Shown: positions 1 to 13,922 of the stretch, one piece after another
How positions within the stretch are numbered: the stretch's first letter is position 1
Layout: every line of letters begins with the position of its first letter
Origin: Eledone cirrhosa
Lineage: Eukaryota
Direction of reading: 5' to 3'
Length of the DNA: 64,000 nucleotides
Assembly: GCA_964016885.1 (NCBI GenBank)
Contig: OZ024754.1
Coordinates: forward strand, 27,280,001 to 27,344,000
Notes under the pieces: generated by a model
What the model saw: the letters and a program-made list of their open reading frames with translations, nothing else
The model's database searches: none
Told to the model about the DNA's origin: nothing
Made by a program: the position numbers and the translations under genes

Positions 1-776
1 TGTATCTAGACTTTCACAGACTCATCATCAGGTTAGCAAGTCTTGTTACCTTCTACACAGCCTCTTTTATTATAAACATATGTCAAAACACATACATATT
101 CTTCAACACATAATCTATTAAGTATATCCTGCCCTGGTTAGCTTTGCCTTTTATCCATATGGGGTGTTGATAAAATAAAGTACCAGTATTGCGCTGGGTC
201 GATTTAATCGACCCCCCCCCCCCCCCCTCCCACCTCTCCAAATATTGTTGGTCTTGTGCCTATAGTAGAAATCATTATTAAGTAAACAACCTATCAAGTA
301 ATCCTGATACTTCTTGGTATCATTTTCGGTAATAAATCTTCCATATATTTATTCAATTAACAGAAATATCTCCTTATTTACCAAATAGTAACGGTCAGAG
401 TATTGTGTACAGATTTATAAACCTGGAGTAATCTTTGGGCAGAATCTACACGACAATGTATAACAAGTTTTGAAGTCTATTTCTGCAATATATGCAACTG
501 ACAGTTTTTTTTAGACTAAAGTCACATTCAGCATTTTTGTCGCCTAATGTCCTAATATTATTTTCCTAATTAGTAATTGTCACTATAAATTCTTATTACT
601 AATTAGTTCTCTATAGTACCCGAAGCATCACTTGGGAGTGAATAGATAGAAATTTCACCAGTGCCATATATGACTAACTCAATAATGCTTAAATCATCAA
701 TATTCCACGTAGAAAGCAATTAACTGCTAAGTGAATACGTTGCAAAAACTGCCAGCTATCACAAATGCTTGCATAA

Positions 777-1036
777 GGGTGGTGGATTGGTAGAGCGTCG
801 GACGACATGCTTTATGATATAAAGTTATGCTCGTTAGCGTTTGTTTGGACGTTAAGTTCTAAAAAGACAGACACAACGAGCAGAGAAGAAGAGAATTCAA
901 ATCCCGCCAAGCTTATCTTTGCCTTTCATCCTTACAAGGTCGATAAAATAAATACCAGTAAAATACTGGGGTCGATTTAATCGACTTTCCCCTCCCCCAA
1001 CATTGCTGTCCTTGTATCTATAGTAGAAATCATTAT
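777..1036 (+). mobile_element. tRNA-derived SINE, degenerate copy with internal insertion
   Basis: GGGTGGTGGATTGG head, B-box-like GAATTCAAATCCCGCC, central TTTGCCTTTCATCCTTAC..GGTCGATAAAAT, end GTAGAAATCATTAT; matches other copies in the window. Confidence 0.75.
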
Positions 1037-1180
1037 AAATGCTTGCCTGCAATAATAAGTGCTATCTCGCAAGTTTCATATTTTCTTCCCTTAAAATAGT
1101 AATAATTGAACCGTTGTTAAACATGTGTTATGTAGGGTCTGAACATTTATACAGAGGTGACACTACTAAATCAGGAGAAT

Positions 1181-1458
1181 AAGCACCCAGTCCACACTGT
1201 AAAGTGGTAGTGTAGGAGTCACGACAAAAAGCACCCAGCCAACACTGTAAAGTGGTAGTGTAGTTGTCACTACAAAACGCACCAGTCCACACTGCAAAGT
1301 AGTCATGCAGGTGTCACGACAAAAAGCACCCAACACACACTCTAAATGTGGTTGGCGTTAAGGACATACAGCTGTAGAAATCTAGCCTGGGACAACACGT
1401 CTAACCTATGATGGCGTGGAAGCAGGATATTAAACGGTGATGATTATGATGATGATGA
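1181..1458 (+). mobile_element. 3' part of a second SINE family with an internal ~49-bp segment tandemly amplified and a (GAT)n tail
   Basis: AAGCACCCAGTCCACACTGTAAAGTGG repeated 3-4 times, then GTGGTTGGCGTTAAGGA..CAGCTGTAGAAA and GATATTAAACGGTGATGATTATGATG; reverse-strand relative near 3405-3480. Confidence 0.6.
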
Positions 1459-2187
1459 GTATGAATTTCCAACATTAGCAAAGCTAGTAGGCTAGCCATT
1501 ATGCAGGGCTGTTAGGTGTAAGGAAAGGTTTTAATATAGTGTTCTGATAGATTTATGGGACTTATGACGAGATGGAGATACACGTGTTGGATGACGGTTA
1601 AACATGGGGAAACCCTATTTGAAGTATTCGTAGGGGCGCCTTTGTAGTATTCGGGGTCTTTGGGGCATTAACACCTGGTAGAAGTGATACCTCTCCAGGT
1701 TGGAAAGCAGCCGATTTTTTCAAGAGAAAATATAGTGAGAGAGTGAGCAGTAGTGTGAGAGAGATATACACGAGAGGAATCGACACGAGTTTTGAACAGG
1801 CACTTCGTTTATCGACCTCCTCGAACTGAAGAGAAGCAGGGCAGAACTCTACTGGATTTGACATTAAAGTGTAGAGTGGCAAACGAAACATGGCAAAACA
1901 TTCTATGTGAAGCTCGTATGAATTTGATAGGACAATAATATATTTAAAAAAATTCAGATCTCTTGTTAAAATTGTATTAATGACTGGTGCAATTCTATTC
2001 TCCATTCTATGTGGTAGTTGGTTTATAAGATTTAATAATCCATAGGAATTTATACATACAAGATATGGTATATATGCTTTGATTTCGAATCGATGATATT
2101 TGTACAGCTATTGGCGGTAGCGCTGATTGAAACATGTAGAACTTAAGCAGCTGTACGATGAACTATTGTATGCATATAAATCAAACA

Positions 2188-2382
2188 TAATAATTGTTTC
2201 TACTTTTTGGCACAAGGCCAGCAATTACCCGGTGTATTACTGGTACTTTATTTTATCGACCCCGTAAAGATGAAAGGCAAAGTTAAACTCGACGGGATTT
2301 GAACTTAGAATGGCAAGGGCCGTAACTCTGTGCGTCAAAGCATGGCGTCCGACCCTCTACCGATACTGCCAATCCATCGCCC
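2188..2382 (-). mobile_element. Full-length ~195-bp tRNA-derived SINE (dominant family)
   Basis: Minus strand reads GGGCGATGGATTGGCAGTATCGGTAGAG (A box) ... AAGTTCAAATCCC (B box) ... TTTGCCTTTCATCTTTACGGGGTCGATAAAATAAAGTACCAG ... GTAGAAACAATTATTA. Confidence 0.85.
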
Positions 2383-2673
2383 TCAAACATAATCAAAGAT
2401 AATAATCCGTGTATGTTTGTATATTTACACACACACACATACATACACACACAATTACATACACATATTTAGACACACATACACACACATATATATATAT
2501 ACAGTTCAAGAGTAACCAATCTTAAAGAGAGAGATGGAGATAGGAGAGGAGAAGAGAGATTGGTGAATTAGTTAGAAGCCAAAACGTAAAGGCATGTGCT
2601 CAATGTGCAATATGCAGTTGAAGGCAGCTAGGTGGCTAGGTTCAAGCAGAGGTTAGGTGCACCTAGCTGGAAA

Positions 2674-2771
2674 TATTCATTAATTAAGCAAAACAAGACC
2701 ACAAATTTCACAAGGAAGACATTATTTAAAGATTGTCAACATAGTTTTAGTTTAATGTAAGGACTGTAAAG

Positions 2772-2802
<31 letters not shown>

Positions 2803-2957
2803 CATTATATGGAGTAGCGAAACAATTGCAAACGGACATTATTAGTATTATTATTATTATTATTATTCTTTACATTCCTTACATTAAACTAAAACTATGT
2901 TGATAATCTTTAAATAATGTCTTCCTTGTGATATTTGGTCTTGTTTTGCTTAACTAA

Positions 2958-2963
<6 letters not shown>
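2674..2963. repeat. Fold-back element, arms ~2674-2797 / ~2838-2963, abutting (TA)n
   Basis: TATTCATTAATTAAGCAAAACAAGACC... is the reverse complement of ...GGTCTTGTTTTGCTTAACTAATGAATA; spacer contains GAAACAATTGCA (HHR 3'-half-like). Confidence 0.85.
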
Positions 2964-3038
<75 letters not shown>

Positions 3039-3978
3039 GAACATATGTATAATCATTCTCCTTTAACGACGGTTTTCCCTGCTAGTCGTGAGAGAAACAC
3101 AAAGCAATACCTAACCGAGGTCTCTGACCTTTCAAAAGGCTGAGGTCCACATCTCACTTACAGTTCGACCTTTTACATAGTTTACAGTAGATATCTATCT
3201 AAGCCATACATACGTACAGTACATGCTATCATTCCGTTACCGAATGTACCTCCGTGTCTTTTGGGTCTGTACTATTGTAAGTACTCTACGTAATGTGTCC
3301 ACTTGCTAGCATTGTGTAGAGTAGCATTTTATAGTAGTTCCTGCACTAATGATTTTGTCATCACTTTGGTATAATTAAGGCATCTTCTCAATCCTTTGTC
3401 CAGCAACCTTTCTACAGTTGGATGCCCTTCTTAAAACCAACAACGTTACAGATTGTATTGAGTGCCTTTCTCCTTGACACCAGAACTATACGGTTTGGAA
3501 TGTTTTTGACTTTGCTGAAGTGTCCTCTCAACTCTTTTGGCATGCTTCCTATAACTGGTTGCCCGTCATAATACATGGTGTACTGGGTGCATTTAATCAT
3601 GACAACAGCTCTAGGTAAGTTGTCGGTGATTGATTCACCTTCAAAACTCTCTAATCTATTGTCTGTATGATAATGGGCTGTGTCAACTGAGACTTGATTA
3701 AGGATTAGGGACGGATATTAAGAAGGATATAAGTATGATGTTGAATTTGAGTGACAAAATATGTTAGGGACGTGAGGAGGAATTTAGTTCCCTGATGTAT
3801 AACAAGGGTGATTGTCTTTAAGGAATGATGTGAAGGAGGGACACGAATATGAATCTGGATTGAGTGGAGAGAGGGATGATAATGATGGTGAGAATGGTTA
3901 TTAGGTAACGATGGTGAAGAATAGGTATGATCGAATCAAGTTAACTTCTCGTTTCCATATATGTATGTACATACACAT

Positions 3979-4027
<49 letters not shown>

Positions 4028-4032
4028 TATAC

Positions 4033-4107
<75 letters not shown>

Positions 4108-4110
4108 TAC

Positions 4111-4157
<47 letters not shown>

Positions 4158-4162
4158 CCTAT

Positions 4163-4370
4163 ATAGGAAAATGGTCAAGACCCAGACGGCAGAGCTCAAG
4201 CCGTTTCAACGGCTATTTCTGGACTATTGAATCCAGAAATAGCCGTCGAAACGGCTTGAGCTCTGCTGTCTGGGTCTTGACCATTTCCTATTACCCACTC
4301 TACTACCCCAAGTATTGAGTACTCTGGTGCGTTATAGTCCATCTGGTTCCTTACCACACTTCCTTCGTTA
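4163..4370 (+). mobile_element. Fold-back family A copy 1 (~62-bp hairpin + ~80-bp tail) next to (TA)n
   Basis: ATAGGAAAATGGTCAAGACCCAGACGGCAGAGCTCAAGCCGTTTC... mirrored by ...GAAACGGCTTGAGCTCTGCTGTCTGGGTCTTGACCATTTCCTAT, then tail ending CTTCCTTCGTTA. Confidence 0.85.
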
Positions 4371-4675
4371 TATAGTGGTAATAACTTGGTAAAAACATAC
4401 AAGGTATAGAGCAACTCATGTCCTCCGGAAAAGTACGTTCCTGGTATGACTCTGTTGTAGCAACTCGTACTAACCAATAATTATAATAATTATAATTATG
4501 GGTTAGTGATAAATATTCTCTTATTTGTAAATAACCGTGAAGACTATTCGAGCATTAGTGCTATTTGTATCGATTACCTAAACAATGTACCCCTAGCGGT
4601 CGACTGGTGTGATAGGACTGTCTGTATTCGTTCATTCTCCTGTCTTCGGCAATATTTTTTAGGTGTGTGTGTATG

Positions 4676-4740
<65 letters not shown>

Positions 4741-4745
<5 letters not shown>

Positions 4746-4927
4746 AAAAAGTATGACCCCAACGGCAGAGCTCAAGTCGTTTCGACGGCTATTTCTAGAA
4801 ATAGCCGTCGAAACGGCTTGAGCTCTGTCGTCGGGTCATACTTTTTCCAGTTTCCCACTCTACTACCCTAAGTATTGAGTACTCTGGTGCGTTATGGTCC
4901 ATCTGGTTCCTTACCACAATTCCTTTG

Positions 4928-4930
<3 letters not shown>
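4741..4930 (+). mobile_element. Fold-back family A copy 2
   Basis: Hairpin centred on CTATTTCTAGAAATAG, same tail; (TA)n on both sides. Confidence 0.85.
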
Positions 4931-4964
<34 letters not shown>

Positions 4965-5267
4965 TACATACATGGGTACATATATAGTTACATGTGTACA
5001 TGAGCATATATGTAGGTATGTGTCTATGTGAGCATGTAAGTATGCTAATTCATTCTGATTGACATGAAGGGAGAAAACATATCCTGTGAAACCGAGAGAG
5101 AGAGAGGGAGAGAAGAGGGGAAAGAGATGCGTAGTGGATACAGAAACTTTAATAAATGCAAATAACTGATAAAGAGCGGAAGACGGCGAGGACGAAGACA
5201 GCAGTGAAGCTGGGATTTAATAGTTAAAAGGTAGAGAGAGAAATTGATAGATGGAGGCGAGAAAGAC

Positions 5268-5640
<373 letters not shown>

Positions 5641-5649
5641 TATATATTA

Positions 5650-6000
5650 TCTAGAGCGGGTAAAATTCCAGAGATCCCCTGACGAGTTCTCTCCAGCTGT
5701 CTCTGTCATTCACCATCGCCGCTATGTCCTGCGTCTTCAAGAGACCTGTATCTGTCCTTAGGGCATCAACATATGTCAACCTCGGTCTCCCTCCTCTAGT
5801 GTGTCCGTGCAGGGCCTCCCATAGGTTTACTGGGTGCAGTGTCAACTCTGAATGTCGGTGAACAGCCCAGCTAACCTCAATCTTCTCTGTGTTACTTTCG
5901 AGCTGACTTTTGGGAGACTCCCTTACTGCTCTGAATTCTTCATCCTCAGAATATACTGATTAATGTTCAGAGCCATTCTCAGCATTGGCGTGTAGCACCA
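5650..6000 (-). pseudogene. RTE-clade LINE 3' fragment, frameshifted
   Basis: Encodes LWEALHGHTRGGRPRLTYVDALRTDTGL...DRDSWRELV; paralogous to 29489-30123. Confidence 0.85.
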
Positions 6001-6042
6001 TATATTATATATGTGTGTGTATGTATATATATATATATATAT

Positions 6043-6183
6043 TAGGAAAAAGTATGACCTCGACGGCAGAGCTCAAGCCGTTTCGACGGCTATTTCTGGA
6101 CTATTTCCCACTCTACTACCCTAAGTATTGAGTACTCTGGGGCGTTATGGTGAATCTGGTTCCTTATCACAATTCCTTTGTTA
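6043..6183 (+). mobile_element. Fold-back family A copy 4 (second arm deleted)
   Basis: Inverted arm joined directly to the tail at a CTATTTC microhomology. Confidence 0.8.
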
Positions 6184-6199
6184 TATATATATATATATA

Positions 6200-6623
6200 T
6201 CGAAAAGAATGAAACGAAATTTCATTTCCCCCTCTTATTACGGCTGATACTTAAATATAAGTATGTACACGTACATGCACGTATGTATACAGACGTACAG
6301 TAGTATGTGTATATATACATACATGCACACATATATATGTGTACGTATGGGTTTACCGAACATTTATTATAATGTTCTGTTTGTTTGTAAACAAACAGCC
6401 CGAATTAAGCCGTACAAACAACTTTTGGCACAAGGCCAGCAATTAATCCAGTATATTACTGATACTTTATTTTATCGACCCTGTAAGGATGAAAGGTAAA
6501 GTTAACATTATAATAATGTTCGGTAAACCCATACGTACATATATGTATGTGTGCATGTATGTATATACATACTACTGTACGTCTGTATACATATAAGTAT
6601 GTACGTATACATACTTATATTTA
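6200..6623 (-). mobile_element. Fold-back family E; arms ~6252-6376 / ~6504-6623, SINE fragment in the spacer
   Basis: GTACGTATGGGTTTACCGAACATT mirrored by AATGTTCGGTAAACCCATACGTAC; tail 6200-6251 recurs inverted at ~15200-15262. Confidence 0.7.
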
Positions 6624-6635
6624 TATATATATATA

Positions 6636-7525
6636 TATATTGTTATACTTGGGGAGGGTCATATTTGTGTAATATTGCCAGAATTAATAACAGAACACAC
6701 TCACTGTTTGGTTGGTTTTCGCTTTTCGCTTCTGTGTCTTTTATATCGGTAATCTAATATACTCGGTCCTCAATGTTGCCATTGACTGACCGACGGTCAA
6801 AAATAATACAGATACAATATAGACACAAACACATATATATAGTTTATCATAAATCTTTCGTTGCACATCTGCAACATCGTCAGTTGTGCTATTGTTTCCT
6901 CCTGTTGAATTGTATGGCTACGCCATTTTTATTCAGTCTGTCTATATATTTATTTATTTATTTGCTTGTTTGTTTATTTTATTTTGTCTTCTTTGCGCAT
7001 GCGTTTGCGTGTGTGTATAGTGTACACAAGCACAATAACAACAAACACATAAACACACATTAGTCACCCAATCACGAACACACATCACACATCAAACAAA
7101 ACACTATACACACACGCAAACGCATGCGCAAAGAAGACAAAATAAAATAAACAAACAAGTAAATAAATAAATAAATATATAGGCAGACTGAATAAAAATG
7201 GCGTAGCCATACAATTCAACAGGAGGAAACAATAGCACCACTGACGATGTTGCAGATGTGCAACGAAAGATTTATGATAAACTATATATATGTGTTTGTG
7301 TCTATATTGTATCTGTATTATTTTTGACCGTCGGTCAGTCAATGGCAACATTGAGGACCGAGTATATTAGATTACCGATATAAAAGACACAGAAGCGAAA
7401 AGCGAAAACCAACCAAACAGTGAGTGTGTTCTGTTATTAATTCTGGCAATATTACACAAATATGACCCTCCCCAAGTATAACAATATTTGTTTCGACACA
7501 CGATTTCATATAAAAAACCTCGCAA

Positions 7526-7530
<5 letters not shown>
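6636..7530 (+). mobile_element. Fold-back family D: ~385-bp arms (6636-7023 / 7101-7486) + ~45-bp tail
   Basis: Near-identical inverted arms (the ORF track gives the same peptide on both strands); flanked by (TA)n; related pieces at ~16036-16450 and ~63420-63580. Confidence 0.9.
7229..7310 (+). ncRNA. Hammerhead-ribozyme-like motif (mirror copy at ~6815-6897 minus)
   Basis: CTGACGA-T-GTTGCA-GATG-TGCAAC-GAAA-GATTTATGATAAAC-TA; stem I pairing displaced or imperfect. Confidence 0.55.
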
Positions 7531-7603
<73 letters not shown>

Positions 7604-7679
7604 GGGGGGAGAGAGTTAGATAAGTAGATAGCTAGATAGGCACAGATAGATAGATAGATAACTGAATATGTGTGTTACT

Positions 7680-8070
7680 CTCAAATGATGTGTATTTTGA
7701 TAAAACATTTTTATATCAAAAGCATCATGTAAAATGTAATCTAAATTGTATTAAAACTCCAAGCGTAATTCCCCTGGAGCACATATATACATATTTCCAT
7801 CCAAATTCTGCAATTTTCACCGATGTTTATATCATTATACACTGAATTTTCAGTAACATGTTTCCTCTAATATACAAGATGCTAAGCTCAGAGATATGGA
7901 TAAAGCTCCACTCCATATAGGAAAAATGAAAAGAAAATATATTTATAAAATAGTTTTATTAAAAAAAACAACGAAATGTAATTTTTACTATGATGTTTTT
8001 GACCGGCTGAGTCGAGATTTTGGGTAGGTTTTTTGTCGTAGACCCGTAGAATCCGTATAACGCGAGTTAA
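7680..8070. mobile_element. Probable DNA-transposon (piggyBac-like) terminal fragment
   Basis: AT-rich block ending ...ATAACGCGAG|TTAA; partner end not found. Confidence 0.3.
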
Positions 8071-8820
8071 AAAAACAAACTCTTCTGGTATTTACAGATG
8101 CACTTTAGCGTTCAGATTTCAAATCCCACTCATTATAGATCATGTTTCTCATAGACAAATTCTGGAATTTGTCTAATAGTATTCGCTCTTCTCCTGCCTT
8201 TCCTCTCATTTATGGCATTTACAGTCCTTTCCAATATTGCTTTCTTTTTCTGTGTGTTTAAGCAAATAAAAGTTTCATAAAATAAAAAAAAAACAATTAT
8301 ACATATTTCTGGTATTACTTCAACACTTTGGGTACCAAACAACCAGAACCGCACCTGGTTCTGGGGTACAAAACTGTTTTGAAAACATTCCTTCATAATT
8401 TTATGTGAGAACATTGGGTTAAGCTATGTTGTAACAACAAGTCTAATAATGGTTTCTGATTTAGGCACAAGGCAAACAATTTGGGAGGGGGGAGGAGAAG
8501 GTCGATTAAATCGATGCCAGTGTATTACTGGTACTTTATTTTATCAAGTGATATGACAAAATATCGAACGAAGAAGTTCTCCAGCAAGCGAATTGCACAA
8601 GAATCGAACTTTGATAACAAATTCTTAGCTACGATGTGTCGGTAACCCGTTACACATCTTTGGGACTTGCATCTTGGGACTTGCTCTGATCTGGCATTGG
8701 AATTCGTTGGCAGGGTGTTATACGAAAATGTAACTTCAATTAACAGAGACAATAGCTAAAACTGCGTGAGAAACTGCAAGCCCGGTAGGAAGATTTTGCT
8801 GTAACTACCTACTAGAGTTT

Positions 8821-8960
8821 CACCACTCTCACAGATTTTTAAGCACCCTCACTGCTATTCTGTCACTCTCATGGTTGATCCATCACTCTCATAGGTCTTT
8901 AAGCACTCTCACAGATGTTTCATCACTCTCGCAGGTGTGTCATCACTAACTGTAATTCCG
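8821..8960. repeat. Degenerate 20-bp tandem repeat, ~7 units
   Basis: CACCACTCTCACAGATTTTT / CATCACTCTCATAGGTCTTT / AAGCACTCTCACAGATGTTT at 20-bp period. Confidence 0.8.
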
Positions 8961-9208
8961 TACCACGAAGAGAAAGACTAACACTGCACAATAACAGGAT
9001 TCTCTATTCCTATGTATGTGATCAGTGTGCTCCATGTGTTATGGTTCATGCAGCGTCAGGTGATCCCTGTTAAATTAATACACTGTTGAGGACAAAAAAG
9101 GAAAACCACCGCTCCTTAGATAGAACCAAAGGAACTATATATTCATTTGTATTTCCAAGTATTGTATTGAATGTACTCCACACAATGCTAGCAAGTACAC
9201 ACACATAT

Positions 9209-9543
<335 letters not shown>

Positions 9544-9544
9544 C

Positions 9545-9900
9545 ATATCCTGTTTGTCTGGTAAAAGCCATATCTTTCATCATTTTCAAATATTTATAAC
9601 AAACTAGTATTTCACGAAACACTTGGTACTTTATAACACTGGTTGGTATCTCATCTATTTACAAATGGTGCTCTGAATTATGAGCCAGTTAAATTTGTTG
9701 CTCGTAGATATGATAGAAACTCTTCCAGGTCTTTCGATGAAAATTCAATGTTCTTACACAACGGAGTATCCAACACATGGATTAACGTGTAAGTGGTTAT
9801 GTATTCCACAAGCATGTGTACAGCGTAATTCCCAAGCGTAAGATATGTGACTAGACTGGACCTTCGACTTACAAATACAACCTATCTTGTATTACGTAGT
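9545..9900 (-). pseudogene. Decayed piggyBac-like transposase fragment
   Basis: Interrupted minus-strand peptides SYAWEL..LVEYITTYT, KDLEEFLSYL and VFREILVCYKYLKMMKDMAF resemble from memory the PGBD N-terminal motifs (xxWxLF..., E+xxF+xxL, F..xMSRxRFxxIxxxLRFD). Confidence 0.4.
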
Positions 9901-10250
9901 TGAATATTACGATTACAGGTCCAATCTCTTCGACGGGATTCTACACAGTTTCCGTCTACAAAAATACACTTACAAGGGATGAGTTGATATGAATCTATGG
10001 TAAATGAAACTTGAATCGAACTCGGAACCTTATGATCGCGAAACGAACTTTTTAACGTTTCATTTGTAGACATACTGAAATGATGTTGGATGACTGAAAA
10101 GTACTGAATTTTTAGTGCATAAAGTAGTATTCTTATCCTATCGTTGTAGTTAGGCTTGTTTCAAACTATTCTTTTACATATTTCTAATGAACGACAATGC
10201 CTATTATATTCAAATCATTTAAAAAATATAGTCAAACATTTGGGGCATTT

Positions 10251-10441
10251 AATAATTGTTTCTACTTTAGGCACAAGGCCAGCAATTAACCAGTACATTA
10301 CTGGTACTTTATTTTATCGACCCCGTAAAGATGAAAGGCAAAGTTAACCTCGGCGGGATTTGAACTAAGACTGTAAAGGGACGTAACTATGTTAGAAAGC
10401 GTGGCGTCCAACCCTCTACCGATACTGCCAATTCGCCGCCC
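10251..10441 (-). mobile_element. Full-length tRNA-derived SINE (dominant family)
   Basis: Colinear with 2188-2382. Confidence 0.85.
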
Positions 10442-10975
10442 TATTGGGGGATTTAATAATATAACTTTCTCTTTATTATATGATAAAGTTTCTTACGTAA
10501 AACTTTCACAAACGATTTTTTCAATAAATATAAACACTTTTAAAATATAGAGGTTTGTATTGTAGACGCAGGAGTGGCTATAGGCGGGTTAGTACCAAAC
10601 GGGTTAAAGTAGTAAGATAACGAAATATTTTGTAATATAGCACACTCCTTATTAAGTTTATGTTTGGAACATAAATAACCAAAGGCCATTGAAATCACAT
10701 TATGACGGATGGATTTTAGATAAACACTTTAAAATAATCAGCTTTCTATAATTGGACCAGGTATGGTTCCAGGCATGCTGGTATCAAATGTGTTTTAAGG
10801 TGATAAGATGATGAAGTATGTGACATATATATACACTCAGAACACCTTATTGTTATGAAGGTGTAATGAATCCTTGTCAAATGCCTTTCATTTCAATTTT
10901 CTTGACATCACAAATGTATACAGTGAATAATAGTCTATTGATTTCTAATTTGGCACAAGGTTACTGAAAAATAGA

Positions 10976-11170
10976 TTATGGCTGATGAATATAATGAATA
11001 TGATGAATACAAATACGATGGTGATGTTGTTGTTGTTGATGATGATGATGAAGATGATGATGATGATGATGATGATAACGATGATGTTGATGACGACGAT
11101 GATCTTGATGATTGTAGGGGTGATGATGAATACAATTATGATAATGATGATAACGATGGTAGATATGATG
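10976..11170. repeat. (GAT)n-rich low-complexity tract
   Basis: Imperfect GAT triplet array. Confidence 0.85.
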
Positions 11171-11439
11171 AGCTTAATAATCACGATAAATATCTATACA
11201 TTCATCCATATATCGATCTCCTGGAGGCCTTAAGACACATTATCTGCTCTACTTTCTTCTGTCGTTGTTTTCTATAGCCTTCGGTTGGGCCTCACGCATG
11301 CGTGCACACATTCATATGAATTAATAGATGTGCATATTTTTTAGGTTATGATCATATGTTATATTAGCTCGGCACCTAATTCTGTTTCTACGAAAGAAGA
11401 ATTACTCTATATCAAATACTGTTTCAGAGTAGCTCCCGT

Positions 11440-12325
11440 TGTTGCTGATGACAAACAACCATGAGTCTACCAGGAACTAGCAGAAGCAGAATAGAGGTAA
11501 ATAAAGCTACAAAAGTGTAAGAAGTGTGAGTATTCTGGGGAGTATTGTGTGTAACAGAGAATTCGCCATGCACAGTAATAGTAAGAAATACATGCACAAC
11601 CCATGAACAACCCTGGGAAGATATAACAACTGAAAAAAGCAGGCAACTAGAAGGCAGTAAAAAGAAGTAGGCAACTAGACATGGCAAAATCCCAAACTTT
11701 TGGTAGAATTATTTAATTGGGATCCTTGGTGTACTTGCAAAAAAGTTTGATGAGATGTTAAAGGAACCAGAAGTGAGTTTTGACTAGCTCATTAAGGGGA
11801 AACCACTTTAGTCTCTAAGAATAATTGTTTCTACTTTTGGCACAATGCCAGCAATTACCCAGTACATTACTGGTACTGCAAACACTCAAAACTACAGACT
11901 CATATCATGCTTTCCTACAATCTATAAGACCTTAAATGAAATAATATCGCAGAAACTGACCAACCTGTTCCAGAAAGGTAAAAAGGATTTTACAAAGATT
12001 AATACGGCTGTACAGGCCAATTACTAATCCACAATGAGGGGAAAACTGCAGATGAAGAAAAGTACAATCCCCGCATTGTAAGGACGGATTACCAGAAGAC
12101 ATTTGAGAGTGCTCTATATACGTGGATATGTAAACAAAGTAGTGCTCACGTTAGAAAGATACCTTAGCTATACCATGAGCAAGAGGCAAACGATTTTGCA
12201 GATATTGAATATGGATTAATAGAGGGATTTTTCAAGGTGGCACAATGTCACCACTCCTTCTCTGCTTAGCATTGGCACCATTAGCTGAAATACGAAACAG
12301 GGCTGGACTTTGTTATAAATGCTAC
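11440..12325 (+). pseudogene. Decayed Dong/R4-clade non-LTR reverse transcriptase fragment, interrupted by a SINE piece at ~11820-11877
   Basis: Interrupted peptides KIPNFW, LAKKFDEMLKEPE, NYRLISCFPTIYKTL, YGC..QLLI, DYQKTFES, RGIFQGGTMSPLLLCLALAPL (RT motifs NYRPI, DxxKAFDS, QGDSLSP). Confidence 0.8.
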
Positions 12326-12671
12326 AGCAAACAATACAGTACAATGATAACGCAAGAAAAAAAAATTATCATTTCGGACGCTAGTCCATCAGAAGATAGA
12401 ATGAAAAATAAAGGAAATAAAAAAAAAAACATAAAGAGAGTGAGAAGAGGGAGAATGGGAAAAACATTTTGGAGAAAATTTAGGATAAGACAGGATAGGA
12501 AAGGTGGGGAAACTATCCTGTCCTATAATAATATCTACACTACTCTCTTTTCCTTACGTACAGAGTACTAAGTTGAATAATGGACTTACTAGGCTTAACT
12601 AGTAATAACACATCCCTCTTTTTTCACGCGCTCTCTCTCTGCCTTTATAGATATATATATATACATATATT

Positions 12672-12726
<55 letters not shown>

Positions 12727-13102
12727 GGATTAACAAATAATAGTTAAATGCAGTCCACTTAGGTGAAGTCCAGTTATGGTATTCCAGGTAGTGGATGATA
12801 TTAACGCTTGGCTTGGTTTGACTCAACAAGGCGTTTTCATAGTGATGCTGCGGGTATGCTGTAATTCCTATGTTGTAAACACTTGGAGTAATAATAAATC
12901 AGGAAAGAAGGTTTACATGGTTTGCTATACAAAAAAGTTTTTAATCACATAGCTTACATTTGTTTCACTGAACTGGTATGTCTAGAGATCGCTATCCGCC
13001 TAATTTTGCGTCACTCGATCGCCAATACAGAATTATAACCAGTCAGATCTTCGGAGCATGCGAGAATGAAGAAAATACACAGGCAAGAAAATAAAAGAAA
13101 AT

Positions 13103-13531
13103 AACTGCAACTGTCACCTCCCAGATAGGTGCCCATTGGCGAATAGATGTCTCGATTCGAGCCTGGTGTACATGTGCACTGTCATCTCGGGTAACTCCAC
13201 TTGGAATTACATAGGATCCACCGCGGGTTCTTTTAAGAAAAGATGGTATGTGCACAGGCACTCGATGAAAAACCGAGCTCTTATGGGTTCCACCACCCTC
13301 GCCAGAAAAATATGGGAATTGAAGGACAGCAACGCTAGCTACACTATCAACTGGTCGAAGTTGTCGGCTGCTAAAACCTATAGTACAGGTATGTCCTATT
13401 GCGGGCTGTGTGATCTTGAGCTATTGTATATCCTTAGAAATGTTAAAAGACTACTTAATAATAAGTTAGAAAGATCTATCTTCTGCAGGCATAGAATAGC
13501 CACTAAATTCATAAGATTCAAACCTCCGTGA
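13103..13531 (+). CDS. C-terminal GIY-YIG endonuclease domain of a Penelope-like element (Neptune/Nematis-like), 5'-truncated, no RT
   Basis: Uninterrupted frame NCNCHLPDRCPLANRC (Cys knuckle) - LVYMCTV...NYIGST..FKKRWYVH..S - STTLARKIWELK - INW - CGLCDLE - LLNNKLE...CRHR, the typical PLE endonuclease signature. Confidence 0.9.
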   Translation, partial: NCNCHLPDRCPLANRCLDSSLVYMCTVISGNSTWNYIGSTAGSFKKRWYVHRHSMKNRALMGSTTLARKIWELKDSNASYTINWSKLSAAKTYSTGMSYCGLCDLELLYILRNVKRLLNNKLERSIFCRHRIATKFIRFKPP

Positions 13532-13867
13532 ATCGAACCAACATAACATAGCTTTAAATTAGGATACCTACTACCCACAAAAAATATATATTCATTAAGT
13601 ATACTATTTCCTTCACAAGTCTATACCACACAATAGTCTGTAAATACCTCATCTACCAACAATCTTACTCCTTCTCAGCTGCTGCAATCATTTGATCCTA
13701 GATCCTAGTTTTTCTCATTTCACTACTACAATGTTACTTTACCTTCTTTTTGCCATATTACAATTAGCACGCTTTTCTCTTTGCATGTATGTATATTTTT
13801 GTACGAGTGTATATTAGTGTGTATGTATGTGTCTATGTACACATATATGTGTATATGTATTTATATT

Positions 13868-13922
<55 letters not shown>

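Noticed and set aside
1-40. Minus-strand CTGATGA...GAAAG HHR-like motif
   Set aside because: No convincing stem II or stem I, and it lies at the window edge.
1598-2005. 135-aa non-repetitive ORF
   Set aside because: No recognisable motif in this or the other frames I read; cannot support it as a gene.
8133-8414. Possible hAT dimerisation-domain remnant (FW...P.....F..T..C)
   Set aside because: Similarity too weak to call by eye.
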